64,000 nucleotides of DNA from an uncultured Eubacteriales bacterium (GCA_900551855.1 URXM01000002.1:192828-256827), one strand, 5' to 3'; positions 14,701 through 21,541 are shown, numbered from the stretch's first letter. The notes: generated from the letters alone by a model not told the origin. A program made the numbers and translations.

Positions 14701-17700
14701 TCTATCGCAGACACTGCAACTATTAAGTATGACGGAATATTGTATGACACAGTATCTGTTGAAGAAACAGAGGAAGATTCAGGACTTTACAGACTTGTAT
14801 TTACAAGTTCTACAACTCCAACTGCAGAACAACAATTTGACTTAAACTTCTATACTTATGATTCTACAAGTCAATCATATACAAAGACAGATGTAACTGT
14901 TTATAATCTTAAAACAACAATAAAATTCTTGAATCCTACAATTGTAAAGGATGTAGGAACTTATGAAATTTATGCAAGCGGAACATCATCTTCAAATTAT
15001 GAAGTTAAGATGGGTAAAAACGGAGCAATTTACAGTTTCTATTTGAAGATTGAAAAGAAAGAACTCTATTTCTTGCAATCAGAACAAAGTAAAGTATTTG
15101 ACAATAAAGATGCTGTTTTTGAATATTCAGATGCAAATGACATGTTGACAGGCATTGTTGCAGGAGAAAAGATAAGTCTTAGCATGAGATTTACACAAAA
15201 TGGCGAAGTGGTAAAATATGTTGGTGTAAATTATGATGTAGAAGCCGAAATTTTTGGTGACACAATTTCAAACTACAATTTGAATTTGACCGATGAAGAA
15301 GGCACAGATTTGAATGCAACAATCTATCGTGCTGAAATTGTGTTTGTAGTAAATTCTCAAAACTATACTTATGGTGAAAACTACGAGTTGCAATTCAAAT
15401 ATCAAACAGATGTTGATTTGACTGGTTATGATATGTCAAGAATTAGCATGCAATTGACAGTGCCAGATAAAGAATTGTATCTCTCTACAAGTGGGGCTTT
15501 AAAAGTCGGCGAATATAATATGATCATGTTGTTTAGTGCCAATGATTTCTCAATAGGCGGGTACATCATCAACAATCAAGAACAAGACGACTTATTGGCA
15601 AAACTTACAATTTCTCCAAGACAACTTCAACTTGTTGAAAAAGATATAAGTTTGCAAGAAGTGTTCACAAAAACTTATGATGGAAACAACAATGTTAAAA
15701 TTGCCGATGATGACGGAGCTATATTGTTTGGCTTGTCTGGAATTCATCAAAACACAGAAGGAGTAGCTGATTCTGTTCAAGTATTGTCAGCACACTATGC
15801 AAGTGAAAATGTTGGTCAAGCAATTCAAGTAAGTTTTGAATTGTCAGGCGAAGACAGTGCAAACTACACTATTTCTCCTTGGATGTATGGCATTATTAAA
15901 GCGATTATTGTTGGGCTTGAATTTGATTATCGTGCAGAAGGCAGTAATGTGACTTCAAATGTTGATGACAATCATCTTCCTACTTTGTCACAACTTTCAT
16001 TCCCATTTATGTCAACATCATATTTGACTTCAAACTCTGCTTCAAGCTCTACAAATTCAATCAAGAATTTCCCTACTTCTTTGACTGGAAGAACAGGTTA
16101 TGCATTCTTGAATTGGACTATGGATTTTGAAAATATTGAAAACGCTTCAGCAGAATTAAGTTATCTTGAAGATGTTGTGACAAAATTGGGACTTGAACAT
16201 AGTTATGCAAACTCAACATATTCAATTGTTGTTGACAACGGCGAAAAGACAGTAAGATTCTTGAACGAATTGTTGTTGGATGAAAACAATGTCCTTGGAT
16301 ATTACTATAAAACAGCAACAGATTTGAAGTTTAAATTCAATGCAAATTGGGATACAAACAAATACAGAATCACAATTATGCTTGCCGATGAAAATGGCAA
16401 GAGTGCAAGTTATGGAAGTGTTGAGATTGATGATGGAAATCCTGACACAGAAAACACAACTGTCACAACAAATTATTTAGGTGAGTTTGATTATGATAGT
16501 TCAATCACATTGAGACCTACAGCAAACGCACACTGCTATTATGTAGGCTATTACTCTTCAGATGGCAAAAAATATATAGGAACAGAACCATTTATCTCCA
16601 TTACTAGAGAAGGAGACATGGAAGTGTTTACTATTACAAACATTAGACAAACATACAACTTGGTTGTTAGATTTGCTGCACAAAAAGTTAATGTTGTCTT
16701 TGATCTTAGTGAATATAGCGACGCAACAGTAAATTCAAAGGATTTTGTTGATATCGGAAATTCAATGTATCAATGGACCACAGATTATTTAACTTTGGAA
16801 AGTTTGTATATTTCAGATTTGCCAGAAGTGACTAGACTTGGTTATAATGTTGTAAGTTTAAGCACTTCAACGACAACAATCTCAAAAGATAATTTTGAAA
16901 ATACAAAAATAATTTCTTTGATACCTGATTCAAACGAAAATGCAGTCACTCTTACTTTGACTCCAAACTTTGAAGCTGTTGGAGTTGTGGTGACTCTTGA
17001 TTATGGATACGACAGCATAAGACAAGATATTGTTGTACCTTATGGTCAAGCATATCAAACTTCTAATGATTGGGTTGAAACTCCATTAAGAGAAGGATAC
17101 ACATTTGATGGTTGGTACAATTCTTTAGGCACAAGAGTTTATGGTGGAGATATTCTTTCTACTACCGAAACTCACACTTTGACAGCTCACTGGACAATAA
17201 ACAAATATAGTCTTGAATTGATTGCAGAACATGCAACTATTTCAGACGCAAATGTTGTTTTTGCTTCTAGTGGAAACAGCTATACTGCAAGCGAAATTGA
17301 ATATGGATATCGTGTGACATTTAAAGTTGTTGCTGACAATGGATATGAAATTTCTTCTGCTTGGTCAGCTGGTTTTGATGTTGTTATAAATGAAGATAAA
17401 ACTGCAAATATAACATTTACAATGCCTGCCGATAATGTGACCTATCAATTGCCAATTATCGCAATTACAAACACAGTGACAATTCAAGGCGAACATCTTG
17501 GAGAAATCCATGCTTATGATGTGACTGAAGAAGAAACAGAAATTGCTGTAGCAAACAATCAATTTGAGATTGCAACAGGAAGAGTGTTTAAGATTGTTGT
17601 TTCTGCAGAAATTGGTTATGTTGTTGCTGACAGAATTGATGGTGGCGACGGGTTAACAATTGACAAAGCTGTTGAAAATGGAGTATTGACTGCCACAATT

Positions 17701-20700
17701 GAGGGAGTAGACAGCGACACAACATTGAATCTCTTTACTGAAGAAAGCAGAAACAAGATTTCAATTTTGTTTGATGATGAAGATGTTGTTGAAACAATAG
17801 AAATTGATGGAAAAACTTACAATTCTGTAAGTGAACTTCCTGAGATAGAAGTGAACACAAATGCTATCTTAAGTTTCTATGTCAAGTTTAAACATGGATA
17901 CGGACTTGGCTCTTATGTTTGTGAAGAGTTTACTGTATCTTACGACTTTATAGAAGATGGTGCTTATATTGACAACTATTTGTTTGAAGTTTCAGATATC
18001 AGCACAGACGGAACTATTTTGATAAATTCTGCTTTGGCAAAATATACTTTGAATTTGGAAGTTATTTCTTACAACGAAAACAAAGAGCAAGTTGATATAG
18101 CCGGAAATATCGCTCTTGCAAATGGTTTGACCTCAATAGAAGCAGAATACAATTCTACAGTTCTTATCACTTACCAAGTTGCAGAACTTTACAGTTTTGC
18201 AGGTTGGAGCAAAGATGGAATAAACATTTTCAGCACAGAAGCAAGATTGAATTATACAATCACTCAAGATGAAACAATTTATGCAATATTCTCAACATTG
18301 AGATTTAACATTGATTTTGGAACATACAATTACTACACAATTTATGATGAATACAATGATCCAAAAATGACAGAAACAATTTATACAGAAATTTCAGGTG
18401 CAAGATATTTTGATGCTGATTCTGGAAAAGAAATTTCTGGAATAGAACTCTATTATGGAGCAAACAAAAACATCAAATATCAAGTGCCTAATGGCTATAT
18501 GTATTATGGATATGGTTATAGAGATGGTCAAGACTTTGTTTATTTAAAAATCGAAGAAAGTGTTGACAGAGAAGTTGCAATAAATATTTCTAGTTTGCTT
18601 TTAAATCAAGACAACTTAAATGTGAAGATATACATTGTTGTCAAAGCTTACAGTTTGACTGTTGAGTTTGAGACAAAAATTGACATAGATGGTACTAGAG
18701 AAGAAGATGTTGATGTAGGATACATCTCATTGCAAGATTCAAGTGGAAATGATGTAAATCAATATGGTTATGTTGATGGCACAAGAGTTCATTATTCTCC
18801 AGATGATTTTGAAAATGGACAAGTTTTGAGCAATAAGAATTTTGAAGTTGTTGCTTATACAAATGATGTTATTTATTTGAAAGTAAAGATTTTGAAGCAA
18901 GGATATAAATTCTCTTCTATCGGGGCAAACTTGCAAGATATTTACATTTCAAAAGTGACAGAAAATAATGAATATCTATTATTTGAAATTAGCAATTTGG
19001 TTGGTGGAACAGATTCAATTTACATTGAAGTTTTGTTTAAACCAATCATAAACGTAATCAATTTGTCATTTGTAAACAATGATTTGACCGTTGATGGTGG
19101 TGCATTTAATTTCAACATTTCAGAAGACAACAAAAACAAAGTTTGGACTTCTGGAAGAGAATATTCTTCTGTTGTTGTTTCTGCTTATACTGACAGTTAT
19201 TTTGAAGTTGTTGCTCTTATTCGTGCAGGATATCATGTAAACGGGTTTGACCTTCAAATAAGCGACAGTGCAGGCATTATAGTTCCTGAAAGCGTAACTT
19301 ATGAAGCATTGAAGGTTGCTGATTCTGGTTATACTGGAAAAATCACATTTATGGTTGCAAACTATCTAGGTGTGTCATCAATAACTATCGGAGTCACTCC
19401 AATGACTTACACCGTTCAACTTATGGAAGACACAAATGTGCTTGCAATTATTGATAATGTAAACTTTAACTCTGCTCTCAACTTGACAGAATACAATGCA
19501 GCAAACATCACTATTGTTGATGAAAGAGTTTACTTCCAAAGCGGAAGACTTAAGGTTGATTTGCAAAAAGCTCAACATAATTTTGAAGGATACTTCACAT
19601 ATCAAAACGGAGCTGGTGTGCAATACATCAACTCTCAAGGCAATCCTGTAAATACTTGGCAAGAAAGTGGTTATGTTTTGAATACTCTTACTTCAAAATA
19701 CGAACTTAGCGAAAATGCCATTCTTGATCCAGACACAGGAAAGATAACTATAAAACTTTACTTATATTGGTCTTATCTTAAAACAAGAATCAATTTTGAG
19801 TTTGTTCCTGATATCAGAACAAACTACACTGCACAAGATATGGTCAGTGGTGTTGACTTCTCAAATTCTTGGTTCTATGAAACAGCTCCAATGTATATTG
19901 AAGTTTCGTTCAACACAGACATAAGAATTGTTGCTCCTACAATTGATGGATATCAATTCTATAAATTTGTGATCAGTCAAAAGAATTCAGAAGGAACTTG
20001 GCTTACTGATGTCGTTTCATTCTCAAATGATATTCCTTGGTCAACAAACGAATATGATCGAATTGTTGAATGCAGAATTCAAGTTGTTTATTTTGCAAAA
20101 GTTGAAGTCACATTGTTTGGTGGTGAAGGTACATTCAACATCTATCAAGAGTCAAGTGACACTCAAGCAAAATTGTTGTTGCAAGATGGTTATGTTGACA
20201 CAACAAAAGAATTTACTATTGAGGCTGTCCCAAATGATGGATATGCATTCTTGCGTTGGGTAAATTCAACTACTGGTCAATCAACTTTCAACAAAACTAT
20301 GAGTCTGACAATTTCAAGAAAGACAAACCTTGTTATGAACTTGCAAGGGGAAACAGTCACATTAAACTTTGAAGACTATGATACAACTTATGGGCAAATC
20401 ACCAATTTGAATGTTTTGTCTTTGGATAACAGCTACAACAGCTATAGACTGGGTGGCTACAGTGGTGATGATTTCTTGAAGATCTTGACAGAAGTTGATG
20501 TTAAAGTCGGAGATGAGTTGACATTTATTGTCAGTGTCGATTTCGGTTTTGGTGTGGTTTGGAACAGAAAGGATATCACATTTAAGGAATACACAGGAAA
20601 TATGTATTACTTCACAATGAATGTTCCTACAGAAATTGCAGGACAGACAATTGATATTATTCCAACCTTTGAAGATGAGATTTTGGCAGTTTACATTTCA

Positions 20701-21489
20701 AGAAGTTTTGCAGAAGATGAAATTGATGAAAATGTAATTGATTACAACAATGTAAATATGGCTGGCTATGTGACCTACAACGGACAGGCAATAAACAATA
20801 TAAGCTTTGAAGAAGGAAAAGAAGTTAGAATTGTTACTGTCACAAATCCAAGATATGAAATTGACAATATTACAATTCAAAACTACGACAATGTGTTTGA
20901 CAATATGGGTGATTTCTTTACCGAGGAAGGAGTAATTGTCTTGACTCCAGAATTTATTGAATTTAACAATATTGTCGGAACAATTGAAATTTCTATTGAA
21001 TACAAGCGTGTGCTTTGGGAAGATGAAATCGTTGTAAGCGAATTTGAGGGATCAGGAACTTCCAGAGATCCATATCAAATCAAAACAGTTGAGGACTTGA
21101 TTTTGATGATGAATTATGTAAACAACGGAACTTACAACCCAAACGGAATTAAATATAAAGACAGTTTCTTTATCTTAATGAACGACTTGGAATTGAATGA
21201 AAAATTCTGGACACCAATCGGTACAGACAGCAATGCATTTAATGGTTATTTCAATTTCAACAAACATAATATTAGCGGTGTATATACTGCTTACTTCTAC
21301 AATCCTGTTTCCTATAACGGTCTCTTTGGAGTTTTGGGAACAAATGCAAAGATTGTACAAAATGAAGAATCGTTGTGGTATGTATATTTGATTATTGGTT
21401 TGGTTGTTTTGATTGTTCTTCTTCTTATAATCTTGATTTTGACAAACAAGAAGCGTAAGAAGAGAAGAAAAGAACTCTCAACAAAATAA
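2749..21489 (+). CDS. giant (6,246 aa) mosaic cell-surface protein with an N-terminal signal peptide and a C-terminal transmembrane tail anchor
   Basis: This is an 18,741-nt uninterrupted ORF in an AT-rich genome. The N-terminus MKRKSIFFTLFVLIFGFCGTL has signal-peptide character. GLUG-type motifs are present (GGLAG, GGLTG, GGLVG, GGIVG). Many modules have the MBG-like pattern K-x-YDG...NY-x-L...G-x-I. Several Listeria-Bacteroides-type repeats occur, e.g. REGYTFDGWYNSLG...HTLTAHWT. The C-terminus is WYVYLIIGLVVLIVLLLIILILTNKKRKKRRKELSTK. Confidence 0.9.
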   Translation: MKRKSIFFTLFVLIFGFCGTLSYFNNPINITNAVSQDASVWDGEFVENESELTESDWYNENVNNYYIRSAAGLSYFVHSVNDGTVYKNKNIYLDTDIDLANYNWTPIGNAVNIFQGSFYGQGHTIYNLEINDATSSYVGFFGTLTDYSKVDNLHLRNVNIDLTISNSDDYYVGTMVGYFNNTGNVDRSYSNSYITNCSVEGEINISSSESTQNFMVGGLAGSINNASVRTSKTEVKINIDSVNAQNLRVGGLTGSSDYLVLSDCYYDGDIEVSSTTASGYMGGLVGYLSGISANYSSTIENTYSKGKIVLSNNGKSFYIGGIVGRVNNEYFVMNNSYHVGDIKTGDNNIYGTNYMSGLIGQLQASSFANTKMLNCFYIGSLSGNNYNQNYLYPVDKNLGESQKPEVGGLYFDVDMKSTAKGDLANQIINLDSLAKTKDFYLNERYWDSEKSWNFSDSFSNWDISSGINDGYPYLKQLNNIGNANNDSDYSAGSKLEGEGTAESPYLIKTAGDLGYMSFNFQSKKYYSLQNNIDLSGRTWQPIGTLSNPFNGVFDGNGYTIYGLTCSLQEKFGSHGLFGVTSNAVIKNLKIKNVKYINEGTNSGYIGTFIGYVKGDTYLINCADNEYSQAGTKLSDGSNVYSVGRVDSDANIFVFYGTNSTNSSGNLIENNIDTSNNGDFYGNINLSGTKTSTGTLADVYYGYDLTINGNGGNFYNSNKVSYKGKYHLLVMPTGENAKIKNIALTSTGNVASEVVNVSSMDSTFGVGLPQLSHLFGTTDTIIKKGFKAVSFNYTLSGATDSVLYSLSDSQKTEVLNFDINYSKAPLHGVNVNWQVYGYNPNNPNEADKDNAYQIKVIYNTYEKEEFGATSYDYDASSEVQVDEDGNVYKIFYLEYDAFLSDYPEIFEVPSYKDKNGVQKLLRNGDFAIEGVYQEGYPFAKEILTTEPVDGENSADVYYASSTLANSILSDASIVGDVYLANLYVNWEGIEKLEDGHEFDLTISLNPLEGTDEQSSFAGNFDIKDAITSIEVYQVPDASNPNLEKVYREFSGDSLIVNDNKVKVNVTITTTKLSDTTDNYWYVVVTLKNGFIYSGDGTKDKNYNGTIDTNFGVDSSSGVKGEWRFYNLVSDYNLTLVVSRDMKENELSIGTGVYMGLTPFVTGWNKVSVIGPNGEKADISSLTNNESLKTVYQNGENFVGFDFMKNKILSSSASYDAIDLTSNYILTEGNKKSVLFEYEFAGESKYYLYEFVENDQSYSYPQTIYLYTSDANRQKTDMVVQLDSSTELTYRLSYYAYTNFGIIYSTETDATIFSVVSQFNSSSIDKVKDGEQREVDVIIPNGANPSKIYMVFESIIKINNGESIEATTRYSQAIFNFNTKYLAQDQDLLDENGDVNYVDIEKNSPTIYSVVKDALGQWNLTGELKSKIYSVDVNSGEIVFAVQSTDFYKFFVKRGGTDNITLFNNTGSTANLNLESCNIKIAVSDENDQVISDYEERFNLNNQEYLTISASSTYVESKWIQSENGGLEYQNEFFVIILNYSAGNGGLQAGNYTLDVVCTDVFYNMNYSTKFVNADVDVSQLKDVKLLENEESSDIETVVTANGEKYEQNNSSIKFDNEITVSTYMQTNNAYEFWGWYIKGSNYSRFVAKGNSLPSSPSASTPSTLSFEYGDMYFSTSGTNLNELGFLDENNAYNITIYAIFQRKQTTIDLSQRVIIENRNGEQTEYTSYAINLNLSFALRLNDGSSAQSIVYNYTSNTNSEEQFLSNFNFVMTGTDSTGYYISGYRLFDVYGDVVEVNLNGQSEKIEYIGNKYDNNVSMNFDIYKQVKTLMEQGETSKYQEYTITPIIRQKSANITFHSGTGSSGYGDTKNGHVFDVSGENETTDTYFTTTEIYFDTTIYLNSPLDGNINSNDTTESVIVENLFSSRTGYVKKSNNYWVSTIGEQLNGMTLQLSTSYFKDSQTLKELHFYVVWEARNYNIRFMPNGGIFDGIDSISITATYDSNEVVYNNIKYYSTSLDNITAIKDKLQYIGYENSGWSLDADNNILGRLVFDANLGLISGQEYSLFDEKGNYICPSDSIVYAVWVECPYTIKIMLNGANSYDIHGQKTSIPNDEQKEFGLEIDIRYDSTFAEMFFENDEENKIKISEIVLEREGYKFNGFYAISGNLRQNIDDYTVFTTNIISCSQTMTEDIVLTLYANWTFDISYLSLSLNQSNLPSLVYNAGQQTIYLADYFKLGYQANGYVVSLDENGQDMTITLSPNMNSSILLSLSSEKATIDNYSDLSFKVRNVGNYSVSLSITITDDASYLNLGNVYNENCMFYIEVTKADLDSSVSDEMYVENVKRIMEPFMNVEFNTKLQSCSTLDGVTNLMKSEDSTITGTAGEELNNSVYEYIMFKYYMLLNSNVGETYKTYKEWTYADYLNHISDENNATSVSNIVSSLSHFDFYDYTISDSSMNIDGYDNLEIVSDAVQNVGLELAIDKIVISSNTVSNLSPNNSYEMRVYLKNVVSSVDSLANYNVQYDANGDAFITAGTAFLLPQTILVQNLESTKSAYFEANVENKEVAWAGNRESLEYGSNTYYLIENNLYLSAELYTSSSGDLLTDTIYSFTNKENYLFFDNVSIILKTENSGEVSYTNISSYFKPIMAEDDVFTIMNTNGVANLTVTANYLTNKDGMIYFEKVEDIMASELLRITRVYYNIDGTEKDVYDADGLEETSFSDNGVLVYEITENNSNSVSIFVSPTVTKVVFSATSSSISDYIGLYKWVDSPIYSVDGTMDTKGSLTVDMSLIEKSDEGMTNINYYAVYTDLVLVKYNLNFPSSYNLSSSQTATMKLGETTANDLAIPSESGFVLASLKAKTPTGETLDYTEIFTGEDSGNGRVYVGITPETKFAIVTLEAKWNVEDIAYNQILTSYRAAVESFTSLTVDDIVAISNKNTTLYEYTYAWYFNNQKISEGQIMKLENNGSYDESGNYKLVVNATLNSEFVISLEDASKTSTSVEINFTLEFMRNIIDKITLPEPESVVVTYDGREHISDWSVNVDIYIYNPSKDAYEETVTTQQLHYVTTGSIYFKVYFNGGEVSSMKNAGEYRINICIDEGSYDISGVDSSNLEFVYTINALSVDLSEYDFNMSKQFNSVEPSLTKEIYLTNENVPLQLERDAGEDVGYYNIYLKDNLQEYKMNYTFTYGDVVLFENGALTAEAKTTAIGTFAITKGGTLRLSYEVTALNPMAVEANYSNLGYSLKLTEDFRLQIYNGDVVYKEFYLNLFDLATSENISSDVILNILRTKISDIQPTFFNTESYQTAYNSMTYTYSFALGDEISKYYTNIEFEAGYTFTIKTITVDVSGFKLQKTYDGTTNIYLDLTGKTIDLDSYSGVYIAGTFLTAHAGTNVRVDLSLQRKDSTENLSNYELTASYVVGAINKLDGTMSFTMSKTEFAYGEISLNNFSSFIGNYIVMNSDNQLVTNLLVDGYYTISYSLKNPSTNEKGFLYKGNYTIGVNAAFQDFNMTINEPSFEVLALQYEVQIPENYIQISVLDKVQEYYENAISIQSTGDTINLRLAPEGLTAGQNANTGSYNLLLVEDTFLNGSVVVSINENNKGLQVLFATETVYVRIDDTSILTNSYSGQNYSVSGDVSKILTVSNGTTNLTSALTFFLKVDEGGEVVEKTLGDGEISFATLSIGFEDSITEVSKAGQYKLSILAQCNEYVNVVFAEDYYLNIEKLTIDIAQFTFEKTYDGIGSYIISDFNEKIDGDDVSILVQFDSAVSGEGKNVNLYLSGTDMNNYELSSATSTGSINKAEAIVELVKTDLVYGEVSLTQPLSYTVKAGTTNLLPSQYSLTLEIENANYSASGYLTVGTYTVALSAQSSTNYDLILNTTQIQVSAYDLTLQFNTDGEIYYEFNSPEANSDQFTYIYITPLYESIEILMTRESGKDIGYYKILSGTSNDTNYYVLKVDDKSELGAFRISQAKERLYLLLSDEEIVTASSIADTATIKYDGILYDTVSVEETEEDSGLYRLVFTSSTTPTAEQQFDLNFYTYDSTSQSYTKTDVTVYNLKTTIKFLNPTIVKDVGTYEIYASGTSSSNYEVKMGKNGAIYSFYLKIEKKELYFLQSEQSKVFDNKDAVFEYSDANDMLTGIVAGEKISLSMRFTQNGEVVKYVGVNYDVEAEIFGDTISNYNLNLTDEEGTDLNATIYRAEIVFVVNSQNYTYGENYELQFKYQTDVDLTGYDMSRISMQLTVPDKELYLSTSGALKVGEYNMIMLFSANDFSIGGYIINNQEQDDLLAKLTISPRQLQLVEKDISLQEVFTKTYDGNNNVKIADDDGAILFGLSGIHQNTEGVADSVQVLSAHYASENVGQAIQVSFELSGEDSANYTISPWMYGIIKAIIVGLEFDYRAEGSNVTSNVDDNHLPTLSQLSFPFMSTSYLTSNSASSSTNSIKNFPTSLTGRTGYAFLNWTMDFENIENASAELSYLEDVVTKLGLEHSYANSTYSIVVDNGEKTVRFLNELLLDENNVLGYYYKTATDLKFKFNANWDTNKYRITIMLADENGKSASYGSVEIDDGNPDTENTTVTTNYLGEFDYDSSITLRPTANAHCYYVGYYSSDGKKYIGTEPFISITREGDMEVFTITNIRQTYNLVVRFAAQKVNVVFDLSEYSDATVNSKDFVDIGNSMYQWTTDYLTLESLYISDLPEVTRLGYNVVSLSTSTTTISKDNFENTKIISLIPDSNENAVTLTLTPNFEAVGVVVTLDYGYDSIRQDIVVPYGQAYQTSNDWVETPLREGYTFDGWYNSLGTRVYGGDILSTTETHTLTAHWTINKYSLELIAEHATISDANVVFASSGNSYTASEIEYGYRVTFKVVADNGYEISSAWSAGFDVVINEDKTANITFTMPADNVTYQLPIIAITNTVTIQGEHLGEIHAYDVTEEETEIAVANNQFEIATGRVFKIVVSAEIGYVVADRIDGGDGLTIDKAVENGVLTATIEGVDSDTTLNLFTEESRNKISILFDDEDVVETIEIDGKTYNSVSELPEIEVNTNAILSFYVKFKHGYGLGSYVCEEFTVSYDFIEDGAYIDNYLFEVSDISTDGTILINSALAKYTLNLEVISYNENKEQVDIAGNIALANGLTSIEAEYNSTVLITYQVAELYSFAGWSKDGINIFSTEARLNYTITQDETIYAIFSTLRFNIDFGTYNYYTIYDEYNDPKMTETIYTEISGARYFDADSGKEISGIELYYGANKNIKYQVPNGYMYYGYGYRDGQDFVYLKIEESVDREVAINISSLLLNQDNLNVKIYIVVKAYSLTVEFETKIDIDGTREEDVDVGYISLQDSSGNDVNQYGYVDGTRVHYSPDDFENGQVLSNKNFEVVAYTNDVIYLKVKILKQGYKFSSIGANLQDIYISKVTENNEYLLFEISNLVGGTDSIYIEVLFKPIINVINLSFVNNDLTVDGGAFNFNISEDNKNKVWTSGREYSSVVVSAYTDSYFEVVALIRAGYHVNGFDLQISDSAGIIVPESVTYEALKVADSGYTGKITFMVANYLGVSSITIGVTPMTYTVQLMEDTNVLAIIDNVNFNSALNLTEYNAANITIVDERVYFQSGRLKVDLQKAQHNFEGYFTYQNGAGVQYINSQGNPVNTWQESGYVLNTLTSKYELSENAILDPDTGKITIKLYLYWSYLKTRINFEFVPDIRTNYTAQDMVSGVDFSNSWFYETAPMYIEVSFNTDIRIVAPTIDGYQFYKFVISQKNSEGTWLTDVVSFSNDIPWSTNEYDRIVECRIQVVYFAKVEVTLFGGEGTFNIYQESSDTQAKLLLQDGYVDTTKEFTIEAVPNDGYAFLRWVNSTTGQSTFNKTMSLTISRKTNLVMNLQGETVTLNFEDYDTTYGQITNLNVLSLDNSYNSYRLGGYSGDDFLKILTEVDVKVGDELTFIVSVDFGFGVVWNRKDITFKEYTGNMYYFTMNVPTEIAGQTIDIIPTFEDEILAVYISRSFAEDEIDENVIDYNNVNMAGYVTYNGQAINNISFEEGKEVRIVTVTNPRYEIDNITIQNYDNVFDNMGDFFTEEGVIVLTPEFIEFNNIVGTIEISIEYKRVLWEDEIVVSEFEGSGTSRDPYQIKTVEDLILMMNYVNNGTYNPNGIKYKDSFFILMNDLELNEKFWTPIGTDSNAFNGYFNFNKHNISGVYTAYFYNPVSYNGLFGVLGTNAKIVQNEESLWYVYLIIGLVVLIVLLLIILILTNKKRKKRRKELSTK
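3046..3840 (+). repeat. head module plus GLUG-motif repeat region (probable beta-helix) inside the giant ORF
   Basis: NWTPIGNAVNIFQGSFYGQGHTIYNL is followed by VGFFG, MVGGLAGS, RVGGLTGS, YMGGLVGY, YIGGIVGR and MSGLIGQ at roughly regular spacing. Confidence 0.5.
11788..15925 (+). repeat. array of MBG-like (YDG ... NY) beta-sandwich modules inside the giant ORF
   Basis: Recurrent module starts: VVVTYDGREH, KLQKTYDGTTN, TFEKTYDGIGS, ATIKYDGILY, FTKTYDGNNN. Recurrent module ends: LSNYELTASYVVGAINK, MNNYELSSATSTGSINKAEA, ISNYNLNLT...ATIYRAEI, SANYTISPWMYGIIKA. Confidence 0.5.
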
Positions 21490-21541
21490 TCTGTCCAAAT
21501 ATTTTTGACTTCAAAACAATATAATAAAGCAAGGAGGCGTT

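Noticed and set aside
20009-20263. Alternative-frame ORFs inside the giant genes (e.g. 20009-20263, 21197-21391, 57572-57928, 54266-54505)
   Set aside because: They are short, lack RBSs, are embedded in long motif-bearing frames, and have Cys/His/Leu-rich off-frame composition.
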